From IMG/VR virus record IMGVR_UViG_3300028844_007041, positions 1 through 60,349 of that record: a stretch of 60,349 bases of DNA; one strand, written 5' to 3'. The notes below the pieces were generated by a model. The model saw only the letters and a list, made by a program, of their open reading frames with translations. It was not told the origin of the DNA and searched no databases. Origin of the DNA: a virus. Its lineage: Duplodnaviria > Caudoviricetes. The position numbers were made by a program, and so were the translations under genes. The number at the start of each line of letters is the position of its first letter. The stretch's first letter is position 1. Below, piece after piece: positions 18,624 to 29,582 of the stretch.

Positions 18624-21600
18624 TTATCCTTGAGTTTTGGGTTTACGTCCACGCTTTTTAGGCATGTTCGACTTTAATTCGTCAATTTCTTTTTGTTGAT
18701 GCTTCATTGCTTCAATAAGTAATGCAACTACTTTACTATATTTTACACCTTGTGGTTGATTATTTTCAAATGTTACCAAACTCGGAGCAACCTTTGCAAC
18801 TTCATCTGCAATCAAACCATATTCCTTACCTCTCATTAAATCAGACTCATCACCCTTCCAGTTAAATTCAACACCATGCATTTGTTGAATTTTATCCATT
18901 GGTGAATCAATATCAGTAATATTAGTTTTAAGTCCAGCTGCAGAAAGTTCTGTTACACCTCTACCCACATATAAGTCCCCACTCAAACCAACGCCGCCAT
19001 TAATTACTAATGCACCGGTACTGGTTGATGTTGATGTTTGACCAGAACCAACAGAAAGTCCGGCTGCAAACGCAACACGATATGGGAAGCCGTTAATCAA
19101 TTCTGAACGGCTCATTGCATCAATACGATTAACACCAATCATTCTTGCTGGCTTATGTTCAACAGTAATGATCTGGCCAGATGTTCTCGGTGTGGCAAAA
19201 TGTAATATACTTTGATATGAAGTTCTACCTGTTGTCCACCAAGTGTTTGTTGTATTTGCGGCAACGTTTGTATTTGAACTATTCAAGTCTACAGTGACAC
19301 CTTCAAATGTTGAGGTGTATACAATGTTTGCTGTATTACCAACCCACTGATTTGCCCAAGCATTTTTAAATGTATTTACAGTAGTATAAGGCGTACCATT
19401 AATATCAAATTCAACACCAGTCATTGACAATGCCATTGTTCCACTGTGGTCATCTTCAATATGCATTGGCGCCGTATTCATATTATTTTGGAAATCATAC
19501 TGAATTGTTAGTTTATCTCCACGGTCTAATACTGGTGGTAAATTTGGACTATAATGATATACATTTGCGGATGGATCAAATGTGGCTGAAACAACATATT
19601 CGTTATTTGCTTTTGTGAATAATGTATAGTCAGATTTTTGAATTCTTAAACCGTTGATGTATACATCAATTTCTTCTTTAACAAATGGTGTATATAAATT
19701 ATTGAATTCAACATTTGATTGTGGTACACCAGTAACAGTATAAGACATTTCATTTGTAATAAATGATAATGGCTTCCACGCACCGTCAATGTAAATTTCT
19801 GGAATATCATATGCTTGATTAGCACCATTGACATCATATACTTGAAGTCCATCACTTAGAATACGCACCATACCATTTGCGGCATTGTATGGTCTTTCGT
19901 ATTCTTCACCCATTGGTAATTGGAAATATCCAGTTGAATCAATCTTAACACCTCTTGGCTCAACTAGAATGCTTGTATTACCTGCTTCATATGAAATTAC
20001 ACCAGCATTGTTTGAAATTGTATTACCAGAAACGTCAATACGATACTCACCTACATTCCAAGTTGGATTTGATTCAACTCGAATTACTGCCTCTTTTTCT
20101 GTATAATGCAGAGGTACCAAACCATGAACAGTGTTTGAATAATTGTTTGATTCAAACCACATTGTTTCTCGAGTCATCTGTGAAACATTTGAACCATTTG
20201 CAACATAGTACAATCGGTCATTCATATCACCGGCTTTGATGTAAGTATCTTGATTTAAGTCTACTACACCACCAAGACCTCGCCATTCACCTGATGTGTA
20301 TCCTTCAAACATTCGTTGTGATTGATTATAACGAATTACACCATTTGCTGACAATCTTACATCATCATCATCTACAGGTAATTGAAGTCCCCACTTGGTA
20401 CCTTTAAAGTCTGCAATATGCCCATCAGTTACAAAGGATGTAAAGTTGTTTGTTACTAAGTGAATTTCATCACTTGTATCCTGAACTTGAACATATGTGT
20501 CTTTGTTTAAGTCAATGAGTTTTAGATTTGAACCACCACCAAGACCTCGCCATTTATTGTTTGCATAACCTTCAAATTGTTGATCAAGTTGATTGAAACG
20601 AATTGTACCATTTGCAACAACAGAACCGGCATAACTATCTTCTGGTAATTGAATACCTTTTTTCGTACCAGAGAAATCTGCAATTTCTCCATCAATTCTC
20701 ATTGTTGTATAATGATTTTTGGTAACTTCAAAACTCAATGGGTTTTCAATTACCATATCTTTATCATCGGTACTCATGTAGAACGCACCGGCTGTTCCTG
20801 ATCTCGGAGCGTTTACAGTAATTAGACCATAAGTATAATTATTACTCGTATCAATTTGATTGTTTGCGAAGTACCAATAAGTACCGGCTTGCAACGGTGT
20901 GAAGTGAACTTCAGAATTTGTTGTTGTAATTGTGTTTACTGTATTTCCAAATTCAAATGGATCTTTGTATTCGATACCATTGGCAACATATTTTGTATGT
21001 GCTAAAACACCAGCAGTTACATCATCATAATAGTTAATTGGTGTTGTTGAACCATTACGAGAAAATGCAATCCAATTGTTTGCATCAACATATCTAAGAT
21101 TTGTGTTTGCAATGTCTTGTAGAACAAGAGTATCGCCAGCATCCATTGTAATTGGATCAAATGGCATACCATTTGTGCTCCAAACATTTGCTGTATTCAC
21201 ATGTTCAATTGTCATTGTCTTATAAACTGTAGTACCTCTTGGATATTCTACCAAGATGTTACCACCCATGTTTTCGTTTCTTGGTAGTACTGTGATTCGC
21301 CCACCAAGATTTAATGTAGGATCTGCTGTATTACCTCTTGCAACATAATAATAAACACCGGGCTGCCATGGTTGGAATGTGATTTCACCAAGTGCAAAAG
21401 ATGCTGAACTAAAATTTGATTCCCAAGTAGAATAATGATTCGATACACCTATCGCACCGCTTTTATCTGCATTCTGATAAGTTTTATATTGAATATTATA
21501 CCCGGTAGTACTGGACATAATAAATGGTGCAATACTATTTGCAGAATATGGCTCTCTTGAAATTACAATTGGATGTGTATTTGCAGTTGACAAATTCATT

Positions 21601-22862
21601 GAGAAAGTTACGATGTCATTTGCATACATCTCAAGATCTGGATTGTCCGTATGAACTGGCGTCATAGTCATTGGATCCAAATCTTTATCAATCATAATTT
21701 TTAAAATATTACTATCACTTACATCTTGCTGAAGATAGACTACAGATCTTAAATTTGGGTTTGATGTATGTTCGCCTACCCAGTAGTAAGCAGTTCCAGA
21801 TGCATCTGGATCAAATTCAACAATAGCTTTTAAAATTGTATTACCGGTGACTAAATCTGTATTTGCCCATGCGGCTCGGTAGCTTGCCCAATCAGTATAC
21901 TCATATACTCCAGCAACAGGAGCAGTAGTTTCAATAAAATATCGTACTTCATCACCAGGTACATCAAGAACATTTGCTTCTCGTCCCCATGCAGGATCTG
22001 CTGAGTTGTAAACAGCATTTGCAAAATCAGGTGTACGACTGATACCAAGTATTAAATCATCTTCAGAATATGTTGCGCCAGCTGGCAATGCGGGATATGG
22101 ATACTCAATCGTTATACGATCTTTTAGGTTCATGTTTATTGTACCACGAATACCCCATGTTGTACTAGGTACATCATATAGTGAAAGAAGTTTTCCTGAA
22201 CCACTTTCATTAAATTCAATTTCATGATTTGCATGTACTGGATAGTTTGTACCGGTATCTACTAATCTTACAAATGCATTTGAACCGAGAACATCAAAAC
22301 CAGAACCATCAACATTTGCTAAAGAAGAATTCAATTGAATGTTGTTATCTTCAACAACCATTGTTTGTGTTGCTAATTCTGTTCTTGTACCTTTAACAAT
22401 CAAATCTTTTGTTACAGTGAGGTCTCCATTAATTGTAGTATCACCCCAGAATTCTACTGTACTATTTGCAAACTCGGCAACTTGACCACTTTCAACATAT
22501 AAAACAACATTTGAATAAGATGCAGTTACCCATGTGTTTGCAACATTATCTCTTGGTGTATCTTTTATGGTTGTTTTATCAGAGTCGAGGAGTAAATTGT
22601 GAATAGCATTTGCAGTGAGGAGAGTACGATCATCAACCGGTGTGCTATAGTTATTTGATATAGCATTCACGGTCATTCCACCTTGCAGTTGAATTGTAGT
22701 AGCAGTTAGTGTATTGACTACAACTGTGCCACCCGCACCCCAACGGACTAAATTACCAGGCGCAAAGGTACTTGATGCATTATTGATCTCATCAATCATC
22801 AAGTTTGTGGTTGTTAGCCAATTACCAAATGTTTGGCCTGTGATTATTTTTCCAATTGCCAT
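18624..22862 (-). CDS. Long tail fibre with C-terminal peptidase S74 intramolecular chaperone (1412 aa)
   Basis: N-terminal TFGNWLTTTN anchor; VEDNNIQLN shaft motif; G.IR(F/Y)N....FEGY...WRGLGG repeats; C-terminal S...LKTNI...GVEFNWK...GLIADEV...VKYSKVVALLIEAMK. Confidence 0.8.
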   Translation of the reverse strand: MAIGKIITGQTFGNWLTTTNLMIDEINNASSTFAPGNLVRWGAGGTVVVNTLTATTIQLQGGMTVNAISNNYSTPVDDRTLLTANAIHNLLLDSDKTTIKDTPRDNVANTWVTASYSNVVLYVESGQVAEFANSTVEFWGDTTINGDLTVTKDLIVKGTRTELATQTMVVEDNNIQLNSSLANVDGSGFDVLGSNAFVRLVDTGTNYPVHANHEIEFNESGSGKLLSLYDVPSTTWGIRGTINMNLKDRITIEYPYPALPAGATYSEDDLILGISRTPDFANAVYNSADPAWGREANVLDVPGDEVRYFIETTAPVAGVYEYTDWASYRAAWANTDLVTGNTILKAIVEFDPDASGTAYYWVGEHTSNPNLRSVVYLQQDVSDSNILKIMIDKDLDPMTMTPVHTDNPDLEMYANDIVTFSMNLSTANTHPIVISREPYSANSIAPFIMSSTTGYNIQYKTYQNADKSGAIGVSNHYSTWESNFSSASFALGEITFQPWQPGVYYYVARGNTADPTLNLGGRITVLPRNENMGGNILVEYPRGTTVYKTMTIEHVNTANVWSTNGMPFDPITMDAGDTLVLQDIANTNLRYVDANNWIAFSRNGSTTPINYYDDVTAGVLAHTKYVANGIEYKDPFEFGNTVNTITTTNSEVHFTPLQAGTYWYFANNQIDTSNNYTYGLITVNAPRSGTAGAFYMSTDDKDMVIENPLSFEVTKNHYTTMRIDGEIADFSGTKKGIQLPEDSYAGSVVANGTIRFNQLDQQFEGYANNKWRGLGGGSNLKLIDLNKDTYVQVQDTSDEIHLVTNNFTSFVTDGHIADFKGTKWGLQLPVDDDDVRLSANGVIRYNQSQRMFEGYTSGEWRGLGGVVDLNQDTYIKAGDMNDRLYYVANGSNVSQMTRETMWFESNNYSNTVHGLVPLHYTEKEAVIRVESNPTWNVGEYRIDVSGNTISNNAGVISYEAGNTSILVEPRGVKIDSTGYFQLPMGEEYERPYNAANGMVRILSDGLQVYDVNGANQAYDIPEIYIDGAWKPLSFITNEMSYTVTGVPQSNVEFNNLYTPFVKEEIDVYINGLRIQKSDYTLFTKANNEYVVSATFDPSANVYHYSPNLPPVLDRGDKLTIQYDFQNNMNTAPMHIEDDHSGTMALSMTGVEFDINGTPYTTVNTFKNAWANQWVGNTANIVYTSTFEGVTVDLNSSNTNVAANTTNTWWTTGRTSYQSILHFATPRTSGQIITVEHKPARMIGVNRIDAMSRSELINGFPYRVAFAAGLSVGSGQTSTSTSTGALVINGGVGLSGDLYVGRGVTELSAAGLKTNITDIDSPMDKIQQMHGVEFNWKGDESDLMRGKEYGLIADEVAKVAPSLVTFENNQPQGVKYSKVVALLIEAMKHQQKEIDELKSNMPKKRGRKPKTQG

Positions 22863-22867
22863 AATAG

Positions 22868-23086
22868 CTATTCCTCAATATTTTGATTAGTAGAATTTGA
22901 AAGAATAAGTTCTTTGAGTTCAAGAATATCTTTTTTTAGAGAATTGATTTCCCTAGCTTGCGTTTCTAACTGCTCTTTTAATTGCTTTTTTTGACGAAGT
23001 GTGGTTCTATGACTATTTATATTTTCTCTATTCACTGCAACAATTGCTGAGGTTATTTTATCTCTTTTATAATTCTCAGTATACAT
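22868..23086 (-). CDS. Small coiled-coil virion-associated protein (about 72 aa; start re-assigned to ATG 23086)
   Basis: MYTENYKRDKITSAIV...EINSLKKDILELKELIL; the upstream start in the track overlaps the previous gene by 62 nt. Confidence 0.6.
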   Translation of the reverse strand: MYTENYKRDKITSAIVAVNRENINSHRTTLRQKKQLKEQLETQAREINSLKKDILELKELILSNSTNQNIEE

Positions 23087-26000
23087 CGGAGAGGTCCACA
23101 CTTGTAGCAAACATAAAAGATGAAGTGTTGACGGCATCTCTTAATTTGCATTCGTAAATTATATTACGAACATCATTCTTATCATATTCAAATTTCTTTA
23201 AATAATTACCTGTTTGTATTATATTTATACTTTCAAAGTTATCAGGATTACCAGTTTCAATTAAACTTATTGACGCAACTCCAACTCCAAGATCAGTTAT
23301 ATTAGCATTGACCCAAACAGTTTTTAAATCATTTCGATATTCAGTTTTTTCAATGCTTAAAATTGCATATGGTTTTTCAGGAGTTGGCTCGCTAACAAAT
23401 GATTGACATTGATTATAATGCTCATGTGTATTTTTATCACGCAACCAAACATACAATTTATGGTCACCTTTTGGTATGGATGTCACATCTAAATCAAATT
23501 CAAATGAATATTTACCCAATGTTGTCCGCACCAAGGTCGCTGGTGAATTCCAAATATTTGGTTTGTATGTGGTGTCGACTTGATAACCAAACTCAATATC
23601 ATTTGGTTTTGCATTTGTTTTAAAATCAACAGTAACCTTTTCTGTTCCTGTAATATATTTATTCAGTTTGATCTCAATAGGTTCAATTTTTAGGTCAACT
23701 AAACGAACTGACATTCGATAATTATTTGAAAGATTGCCATTTACATCACGCAACTGCAGGTAAAATATTTGAGAGCCTGCAATATCGTCTTCTGCAATTT
23801 TCAATGAGTGTGTGAGTGTGCTGTTGTTTGTACGATAAATCGATTTATAATTTGTTGGATTTTGAACTGTGCCAATTGCATAGGCTTCAATCATACTATT
23901 AGGATCTTTAATATCAAAAGTAATTGTTCCAACATAATATTTACCTTGTCTTTGTAATACAACAGTAGGTGTTACGTTTGAAATGATTGGTGATGTGCTA
24001 TCTGTTATATCAATATAGACATTTGCAGTTTCAATATTACCACAATCATCTGCAATGTGCAAGTAAACTGTATTAGCTCCAACGTGTGTACTAATTGCAA
24101 ATTCAGATAAACTAATATTTTCTGAATAGTAAATTGCTGATGCTGGAACAGCAAAAGAATTCCAAAATGCAGAATCTAGGTCAACGTTTGATTTTGTAGT
24201 TATGGCATATTGTGTAACAGTTACATCACTTTCAACATTACCACTAAATGTTTCAGTTGTAGATGTAGTTGTAGTATGAGTAAATGTTCCGTTCACCTTA
24301 AAATCAAGAATGCTTGTATTTGCGCCATCATGCAAAAGTTTTGATGTTGTTGCGCTCGACATGTTATTTGCATAATCATATACTTTTAATTCATAAGTAT
24401 GCAATTCAGTATTTGCAGATGAAATAATTGATGTAACTGAAAGTGTTTCATCAAGATTTTTATTGTCAACATTAACGGATGAAACTAATGAACCATTATC
24501 ATAGAGTTCATAGTTTCGAATACCTTCAGCATCTTGTGCTGTGAATTCAAGTGCTACATCATAATTCTTTGTATTACCATTAAATGCCGGACGAGTTTCC
24601 AATACATTCAATGTATTGATTTGTGGAGGTGTTGTATCAAGAATGAATTCATAAGGAACACGAACACGATTTTCAAATTGGTCTTCAGCATACAAATGTA
24701 TGTTGTGCTTACCATCAAGAAGACCTGTAAAGTCTGCATCAAAATTTCCTGATGCTAACTGAATACGACTTGAATATGCAAAATTAGAAACGTTTGCTTT
24801 TGGACCAGAATTTATTTGATAGGCTATGTTTACTAGTGCATGATCATCTGAAACAACATATGCAAAATTGTTTGCTGTTGCATTCAAATAATATTTTTCT
24901 AAATTTGTTGGATAAAAGACAGACGCAACTGGATTTTTATTATCAATGTATATGCTAACGTCACGTTTTGCCGAAATATTTCCAGCAGCATCTTTACCAG
25001 CAAAGTAAATAATTTTCTGACCTGCATCTTTAATTGGTAAATTAATAATTTTTCGAATCTTATGCGAGGTTGTTCCGATAATTGGACCACCAATAATTGG
25101 ATCAAAGTTGAGTTCATTTGGACTGAAAGACATATAATATTCATTCCAACCAGAAACATTATCCCATGCTTCACCAATTAATTCAATATCAAATGTATCA
25201 ATTGAACGGCTAATATTGTTTATATAAAAACTTGTAAGATTTGGAGCATCACGGTCAAATATAATAGTATTTGAATATTGTGTGATATTTTGACAAAAAT
25301 CTTTCGCATACATATGAACGTTGCAAACACCATCAGTAAATCCTAATGCATCAAGGTCTACAGTAAATGCAGTGTTTGCTTGTTTTCTTGGAGCATATGG
25401 TATCTGAAACCAACCAGCTGAATTCCAAACTTCAGTATTTGATTTTGAAAATAAAACTTCGGTCACACCTTCTAAGTCAGACATATCCATTTTAACAAAC
25501 ACATCTTTTGAAAATGTATATGTTGCGCCATCATTGATTGTACCTTGCCAGATAACAGGTGCTGTATTTTCAAGATAAACTTGAAATTTTTCATAAGGTG
25601 TCCAATTATCAAGACGGTCTCTCACTTTTACATTGATATCAACATTCCCCCAATGCTTAACTGGTAATTCAACTTTTCTTTGAAATGTCCCAACCTGAAG
25701 TTTTGGATAAACAGGAAAAGGCGTTACAGTTGAACTATTACCATAATGGTCATAGTATTCCATACCATCCCAAATTTCACAATAGTTATCATCATATCTT
25801 ACAGTATAGGGCACCACGAAATGATCAACTCCATGCACCATCTTTCTTTCAATGTGATCATCAAAATCAACTTTGATATCTGGAGGTATTGAATCAAATT
25901 CAAACGAAATTCCAGCAGTACCTATATTATTAAATTTATCCTTTGCATGAACATATAGAGTGTTAATTTGTCCTTGAATGAAACCCATTCTTGCCAAATC

Positions 26001-29000
26001 AGCATTTTCTGAAATTGCAATATTTTTCTTTTCACCTAAAACTTCTGTCCAAGAATGGTCAAAAACAATGTTTGCTTCCTTTGAATACTTGTAATGTGTA
26101 ATTGTAGAAAAATCTGATGCCTCAAATGAGAAAGGTACAATATTTTTGTTTACACCGACCATTCCACCACCAAAAACCATGCCATGATTTAATATAACAT
26201 TTGTAATTGCCGGACGGAAACGGTCAAGATACACATTAGGTATTGAAATCGGAACTGATGAATTCATTGCCATATCAACAACAGTCACTTCAATATCTGC
26301 ATGATTTGCTATATGAGTTTGATCAATGCGTAGATTAATTATCTCATCAACATTTCTCTTGAATGGAAAATCAAAACGATGTACTCTTGGAGTTGGATAT
26401 GAATTTACTTTAAATTCAACATGCCGCAAGCCACTATCAACATCATCAATTTGTGTTCGGAACTGTAGAATATAATCGTAATTATCTTCAAACGCACCTG
26501 TAAAGATTACGTTTGCTGTTGGTTTGATATTCTCAAATGGACGATACGCCACTACTTCTGAACTTTTAAATCCATAATCTGATATTGATTTTACTGCTAT
26601 TCTTGCATATCTCTCAGATAAAGGTAATGTATATTTAAATTGGCCAATTGCATTCACTTGATTAGGAATTTTAATTTCATATGTTTCAAGTGTTGTTGTA
26701 CCAACCGGATTAACTTTAACTTCAAGTTTATTAATTGTTGTATTTGCGGCTGCTGTTCCATTATAATTTACTGTTACTTCCGTACCAGTCATCTGATGAT
26801 ATACATTTGAAATTGAAATTGCTGGAGTGAATGGAGGTGTAGTTACAAGTTGTTTTACCTCAACGCCTGAAATTTCGTTTTCAAAGAAGTCTTTGATACG
26901 GTATGCAATGTTTGGAGTTGTATCAAATTTTGGAATTGTAAATGTTTGTGTTGCTTTGTAAGATTTGAGACCAACTGGAATATCTGACCAAGATGGTTCA
27001 CCATCTGGTGTATACCAAAATTTATATTGCGCAAGTTCTTGATTATCTTTCATATCTAAATCAAGTGTTAGATCATAACTTAATGGTGTTGAAGATACAC
27101 CATTTGCATAGATATTTGCTGTCGGATCTGTTGCGTCTACATTTAAATTAATTGAATATTCTTTTGTTTCATTGAAAAATCCATCACGATATTGTACAGT
27201 AAGTTTTCTTGGTCCTTCCGAAAGACCCAGTGGTATTAATTGATACTCATTAAATCTTTTCACTGGTGGATTCAACTTAGACCACCCACCTCCATTGAGC
27301 TTATATCCATCTACGTTTCGATTATCAATTGCATATAGCTCGACATTAGCATAGTAAGTTATGGGATCTTTTATAATGTTTCTCAACTGAATTCCACCAG
27401 AAACATTTACTGAATCTAAATCATACTCATACTTATAAACAGCACTCTCATTTTTATTCATATCCGCTACTCGCAAATAAAACTCATGAGTACCGTCATT
27501 TGTCAAAGGAAATTCAAATGGCATAGTTTCTGAAACAACTGGTGCGTTGTTCGGAATTTGCTTCCAATTTTTCATTGTTGAATCATTTGCCGTGATTGAA
27601 TACCAATAAACATTACCAGCGCCAGTATCGTGGGCATCAATTTTGAAATTTAAAACATAGTTTTCTCTTGTCATTGATGCACTATCAAATTTAAAATCAT
27701 CAACTTCTGGTAAAGAATCATCAATTACATAAGTAAATGTTTTAACGGCAGTTTCATTACCGAATACATCTTTCAATTGAAATCTTGCTTCTTGTGGAAT
27801 GCCAAGTTGTGTTGTAGGAATGTCAAGAGATAAGGTGCTATTAAATTTATTGGATACTTCAATTGGAATCCAATCTTTTGCCAAAATGTCATTCAGTCCT
27901 ACTTTATAATGACTAATTCCTTTGTTATCATAAGCATCTGTTTCAAAATAGATTCGATAGTAAGAAGTATTTTTATCTGCATCGAAATATGCAAACGTAT
28001 TAATTGTTGGTCCTGATTTGTCAAACAATACGTTTGCTGTTCTTATTGGACTTTCATTTCCAAAAATATCTTTTGCCTGAAAATAGAAAGTTAATTTATC
28101 TTCGTATTCTGATTGATCAATTATAATTGATTGTGCTTCATCAAGTAACTTTGTTTCTGTGATTGCAAACCAATTGTTTGTATGTCCTGCAACAAAGTTT
28201 CCAGTATTTGAATTGATACCATATAATTTAAGATGTGTGATACCTTTATTGTCCGCAGCAACTGTTTGAAACCGAGTTGAATAATTTCCGTCTGGACGTT
28301 TTGATCCAAAAAGAAAACGGAATTCTGCATCAGGACGTGTATTATCAATTTCTAAATCTAATTTATATAAAGGTGTGAGATTACCACATATATCTGAAAA
28401 TTGTCCAAAAATTGTCCTTCTGCCGATTTCACCAAGATCAAAATCAATGTCTTGCTTTAGACTTTTTTGTGGTGAAGCGACATAATTCCAATTTAAATTG
28501 TCTGAATCAATCTGAGAACCAACACCTAAAACACCACCCGCATCTGTTGCAGAAAATCGAACTGTTGCAATATAATTTGTTCCTACTTTTTTACCCTCAA
28601 CAATTTCAATTTGACCTACAGGATTTGTTTTGTCAACTGTGAAATCAAACTCATGAACAGTAATGTTATCAAATTCATCATATAGCGAAACTTCAATTTC
28701 AATATCTCCTTCAGGTTGTAAATGTGGAATATCAATAGTTATTGTTGTATTCCAATTTGGTCCAGGAACAATGAAAGAACCCGAAGTCAATAATCTTGAT
28801 GTACCTTTAATTTTTGATGTATATTTTTTTAGGTAGCCTTGTGGACGAATTGATCCACTGAGGTCATAAAATATTCGATATGTAGAACCTGTGTTAATTA
28901 CACGATTTATTTTATATGAAGTAACCTTAGCGCCTTGATTGCTCAAGTATAACCGTATAGGACTTGATGTGATTACATTACCAGAATAATCATTTACTTC

Positions 29001-29528
29001 AAGATAAAAATATGCAAACCGATTTGTAAATGTTTTAGGCACCTCAAGTCGATATCGTCCAGTGTGGCGAACTGCTGATTGATTTAAGAAGTATTGTTTT
29101 CGATGACCGAATGAATTATAGATAACGATATTTGAAATACCCGTATCATCTTCTACATCAACATCAAATTCTACATAATAGGAATCATCAGAAGTTAATA
29201 TATCAATTAACGAGAAATTATGAATGATTGGAGTGTTGCGGTCAAGGTAGATCGTTTCTGAAAAATATTCACTATTACCTGAAGTGTCTGTAAACAATAC
29301 ACCAAAGGTATGAAATCCTATATTTGTAGCAAATACGGCAACTTCAACATTACCTGTTGTTTGTGCTTGAGGTATTAATGGTGTTTCTCCTTGGCTAACA
29401 TCATCAAAAAATAATTCATACTTAGCTAAATTACCTGTACCAGTTGCCGCCGAGATATTAAAATATACTTTAAAATTACCGGTGATTTGCTCAACACGGT
29501 TAAGAGAAGTGTTTCCTGTAATTGCCAT
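23076..29528 (-). CDS. Giant tandem Ig-like repeat protein (2150 aa, about 20 modules)
   Basis: About 100-aa periodicity of D..(P) ... (A/V).D..G(I/V) ... D..GN motifs (DTSGN, DYSGN, DICGN, DIFGN, DVFGN, DAAGN, DDCGN, DVNGN and others); no signal peptide or catalytic domain seen. Confidence 0.7.
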   Translation of the reverse strand: MAITGNTSLNRVEQITGNFKVYFNISAATGTGNLAKYELFFDDVSQGETPLIPQAQTTGNVEVAVFATNIGFHTFGVLFTDTSGNSEYFSETIYLDRNTPIIHNFSLIDILTSDDSYYVEFDVDVEDDTGISNIVIYNSFGHRKQYFLNQSAVRHTGRYRLEVPKTFTNRFAYFYLEVNDYSGNVITSSPIRLYLSNQGAKVTSYKINRVINTGSTYRIFYDLSGSIRPQGYLKKYTSKIKGTSRLLTSGSFIVPGPNWNTTITIDIPHLQPEGDIEIEVSLYDEFDNITVHEFDFTVDKTNPVGQIEIVEGKKVGTNYIATVRFSATDAGGVLGVGSQIDSDNLNWNYVASPQKSLKQDIDFDLGEIGRRTIFGQFSDICGNLTPLYKLDLEIDNTRPDAEFRFLFGSKRPDGNYSTRFQTVAADNKGITHLKLYGINSNTGNFVAGHTNNWFAITETKLLDEAQSIIIDQSEYEDKLTFYFQAKDIFGNESPIRTANVLFDKSGPTINTFAYFDADKNTSYYRIYFETDAYDNKGISHYKVGLNDILAKDWIPIEVSNKFNSTLSLDIPTTQLGIPQEARFQLKDVFGNETAVKTFTYVIDDSLPEVDDFKFDSASMTRENYVLNFKIDAHDTGAGNVYWYSITANDSTMKNWKQIPNNAPVVSETMPFEFPLTNDGTHEFYLRVADMNKNESAVYKYEYDLDSVNVSGGIQLRNIIKDPITYYANVELYAIDNRNVDGYKLNGGGWSKLNPPVKRFNEYQLIPLGLSEGPRKLTVQYRDGFFNETKEYSINLNVDATDPTANIYANGVSSTPLSYDLTLDLDMKDNQELAQYKFWYTPDGEPSWSDIPVGLKSYKATQTFTIPKFDTTPNIAYRIKDFFENEISGVEVKQLVTTPPFTPAISISNVYHQMTGTEVTVNYNGTAAANTTINKLEVKVNPVGTTTLETYEIKIPNQVNAIGQFKYTLPLSERYARIAVKSISDYGFKSSEVVAYRPFENIKPTANVIFTGAFEDNYDYILQFRTQIDDVDSGLRHVEFKVNSYPTPRVHRFDFPFKRNVDEIINLRIDQTHIANHADIEVTVVDMAMNSSVPISIPNVYLDRFRPAITNVILNHGMVFGGGMVGVNKNIVPFSFEASDFSTITHYKYSKEANIVFDHSWTEVLGEKKNIAISENADLARMGFIQGQINTLYVHAKDKFNNIGTAGISFEFDSIPPDIKVDFDDHIERKMVHGVDHFVVPYTVRYDDNYCEIWDGMEYYDHYGNSSTVTPFPVYPKLQVGTFQRKVELPVKHWGNVDINVKVRDRLDNWTPYEKFQVYLENTAPVIWQGTINDGATYTFSKDVFVKMDMSDLEGVTEVLFSKSNTEVWNSAGWFQIPYAPRKQANTAFTVDLDALGFTDGVCNVHMYAKDFCQNITQYSNTIIFDRDAPNLTSFYINNISRSIDTFDIELIGEAWDNVSGWNEYYMSFSPNELNFDPIIGGPIIGTTSHKIRKIINLPIKDAGQKIIYFAGKDAAGNISAKRDVSIYIDNKNPVASVFYPTNLEKYYLNATANNFAYVVSDDHALVNIAYQINSGPKANVSNFAYSSRIQLASGNFDADFTGLLDGKHNIHLYAEDQFENRVRVPYEFILDTTPPQINTLNVLETRPAFNGNTKNYDVALEFTAQDAEGIRNYELYDNGSLVSSVNVDNKNLDETLSVTSIISSANTELHTYELKVYDYANNMSSATTSKLLHDGANTSILDFKVNGTFTHTTTTSTTETFSGNVESDVTVTQYAITTKSNVDLDSAFWNSFAVPASAIYYSENISLSEFAISTHVGANTVYLHIADDCGNIETANVYIDITDSTSPIISNVTPTVVLQRQGKYYVGTITFDIKDPNSMIEAYAIGTVQNPTNYKSIYRTNNSTLTHSLKIAEDDIAGSQIFYLQLRDVNGNLSNNYRMSVRLVDLKIEPIEIKLNKYITGTEKVTVDFKTNAKPNDIEFGYQVDTTYKPNIWNSPATLVRTTLGKYSFEFDLDVTSIPKGDHKLYVWLRDKNTHEHYNQCQSFVSEPTPEKPYAILSIEKTEYRNDLKTVWVNANITDLGVGVASISLIETGNPDNFESINIIQTGNYLKKFEYDKNDVRNIIYECKLRDAVNTSSFMFATSVDLSDVY

Positions 29529-29566
29529 AAAATTGATGTTTCAGTAATTGTTTAAAATCTTTTTAA

Positions 29567-29574
29567 TATTTAGA
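29567..29574 (-). promoter_or_regulatory. T4-type late promoter candidate (TCTAAATA)
   Basis: One mismatch to TATAAATA in the intergenic gap, 39 nt upstream of the 29528 start. Confidence 0.5.
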
Positions 29575-29582
29575 TTACTACA

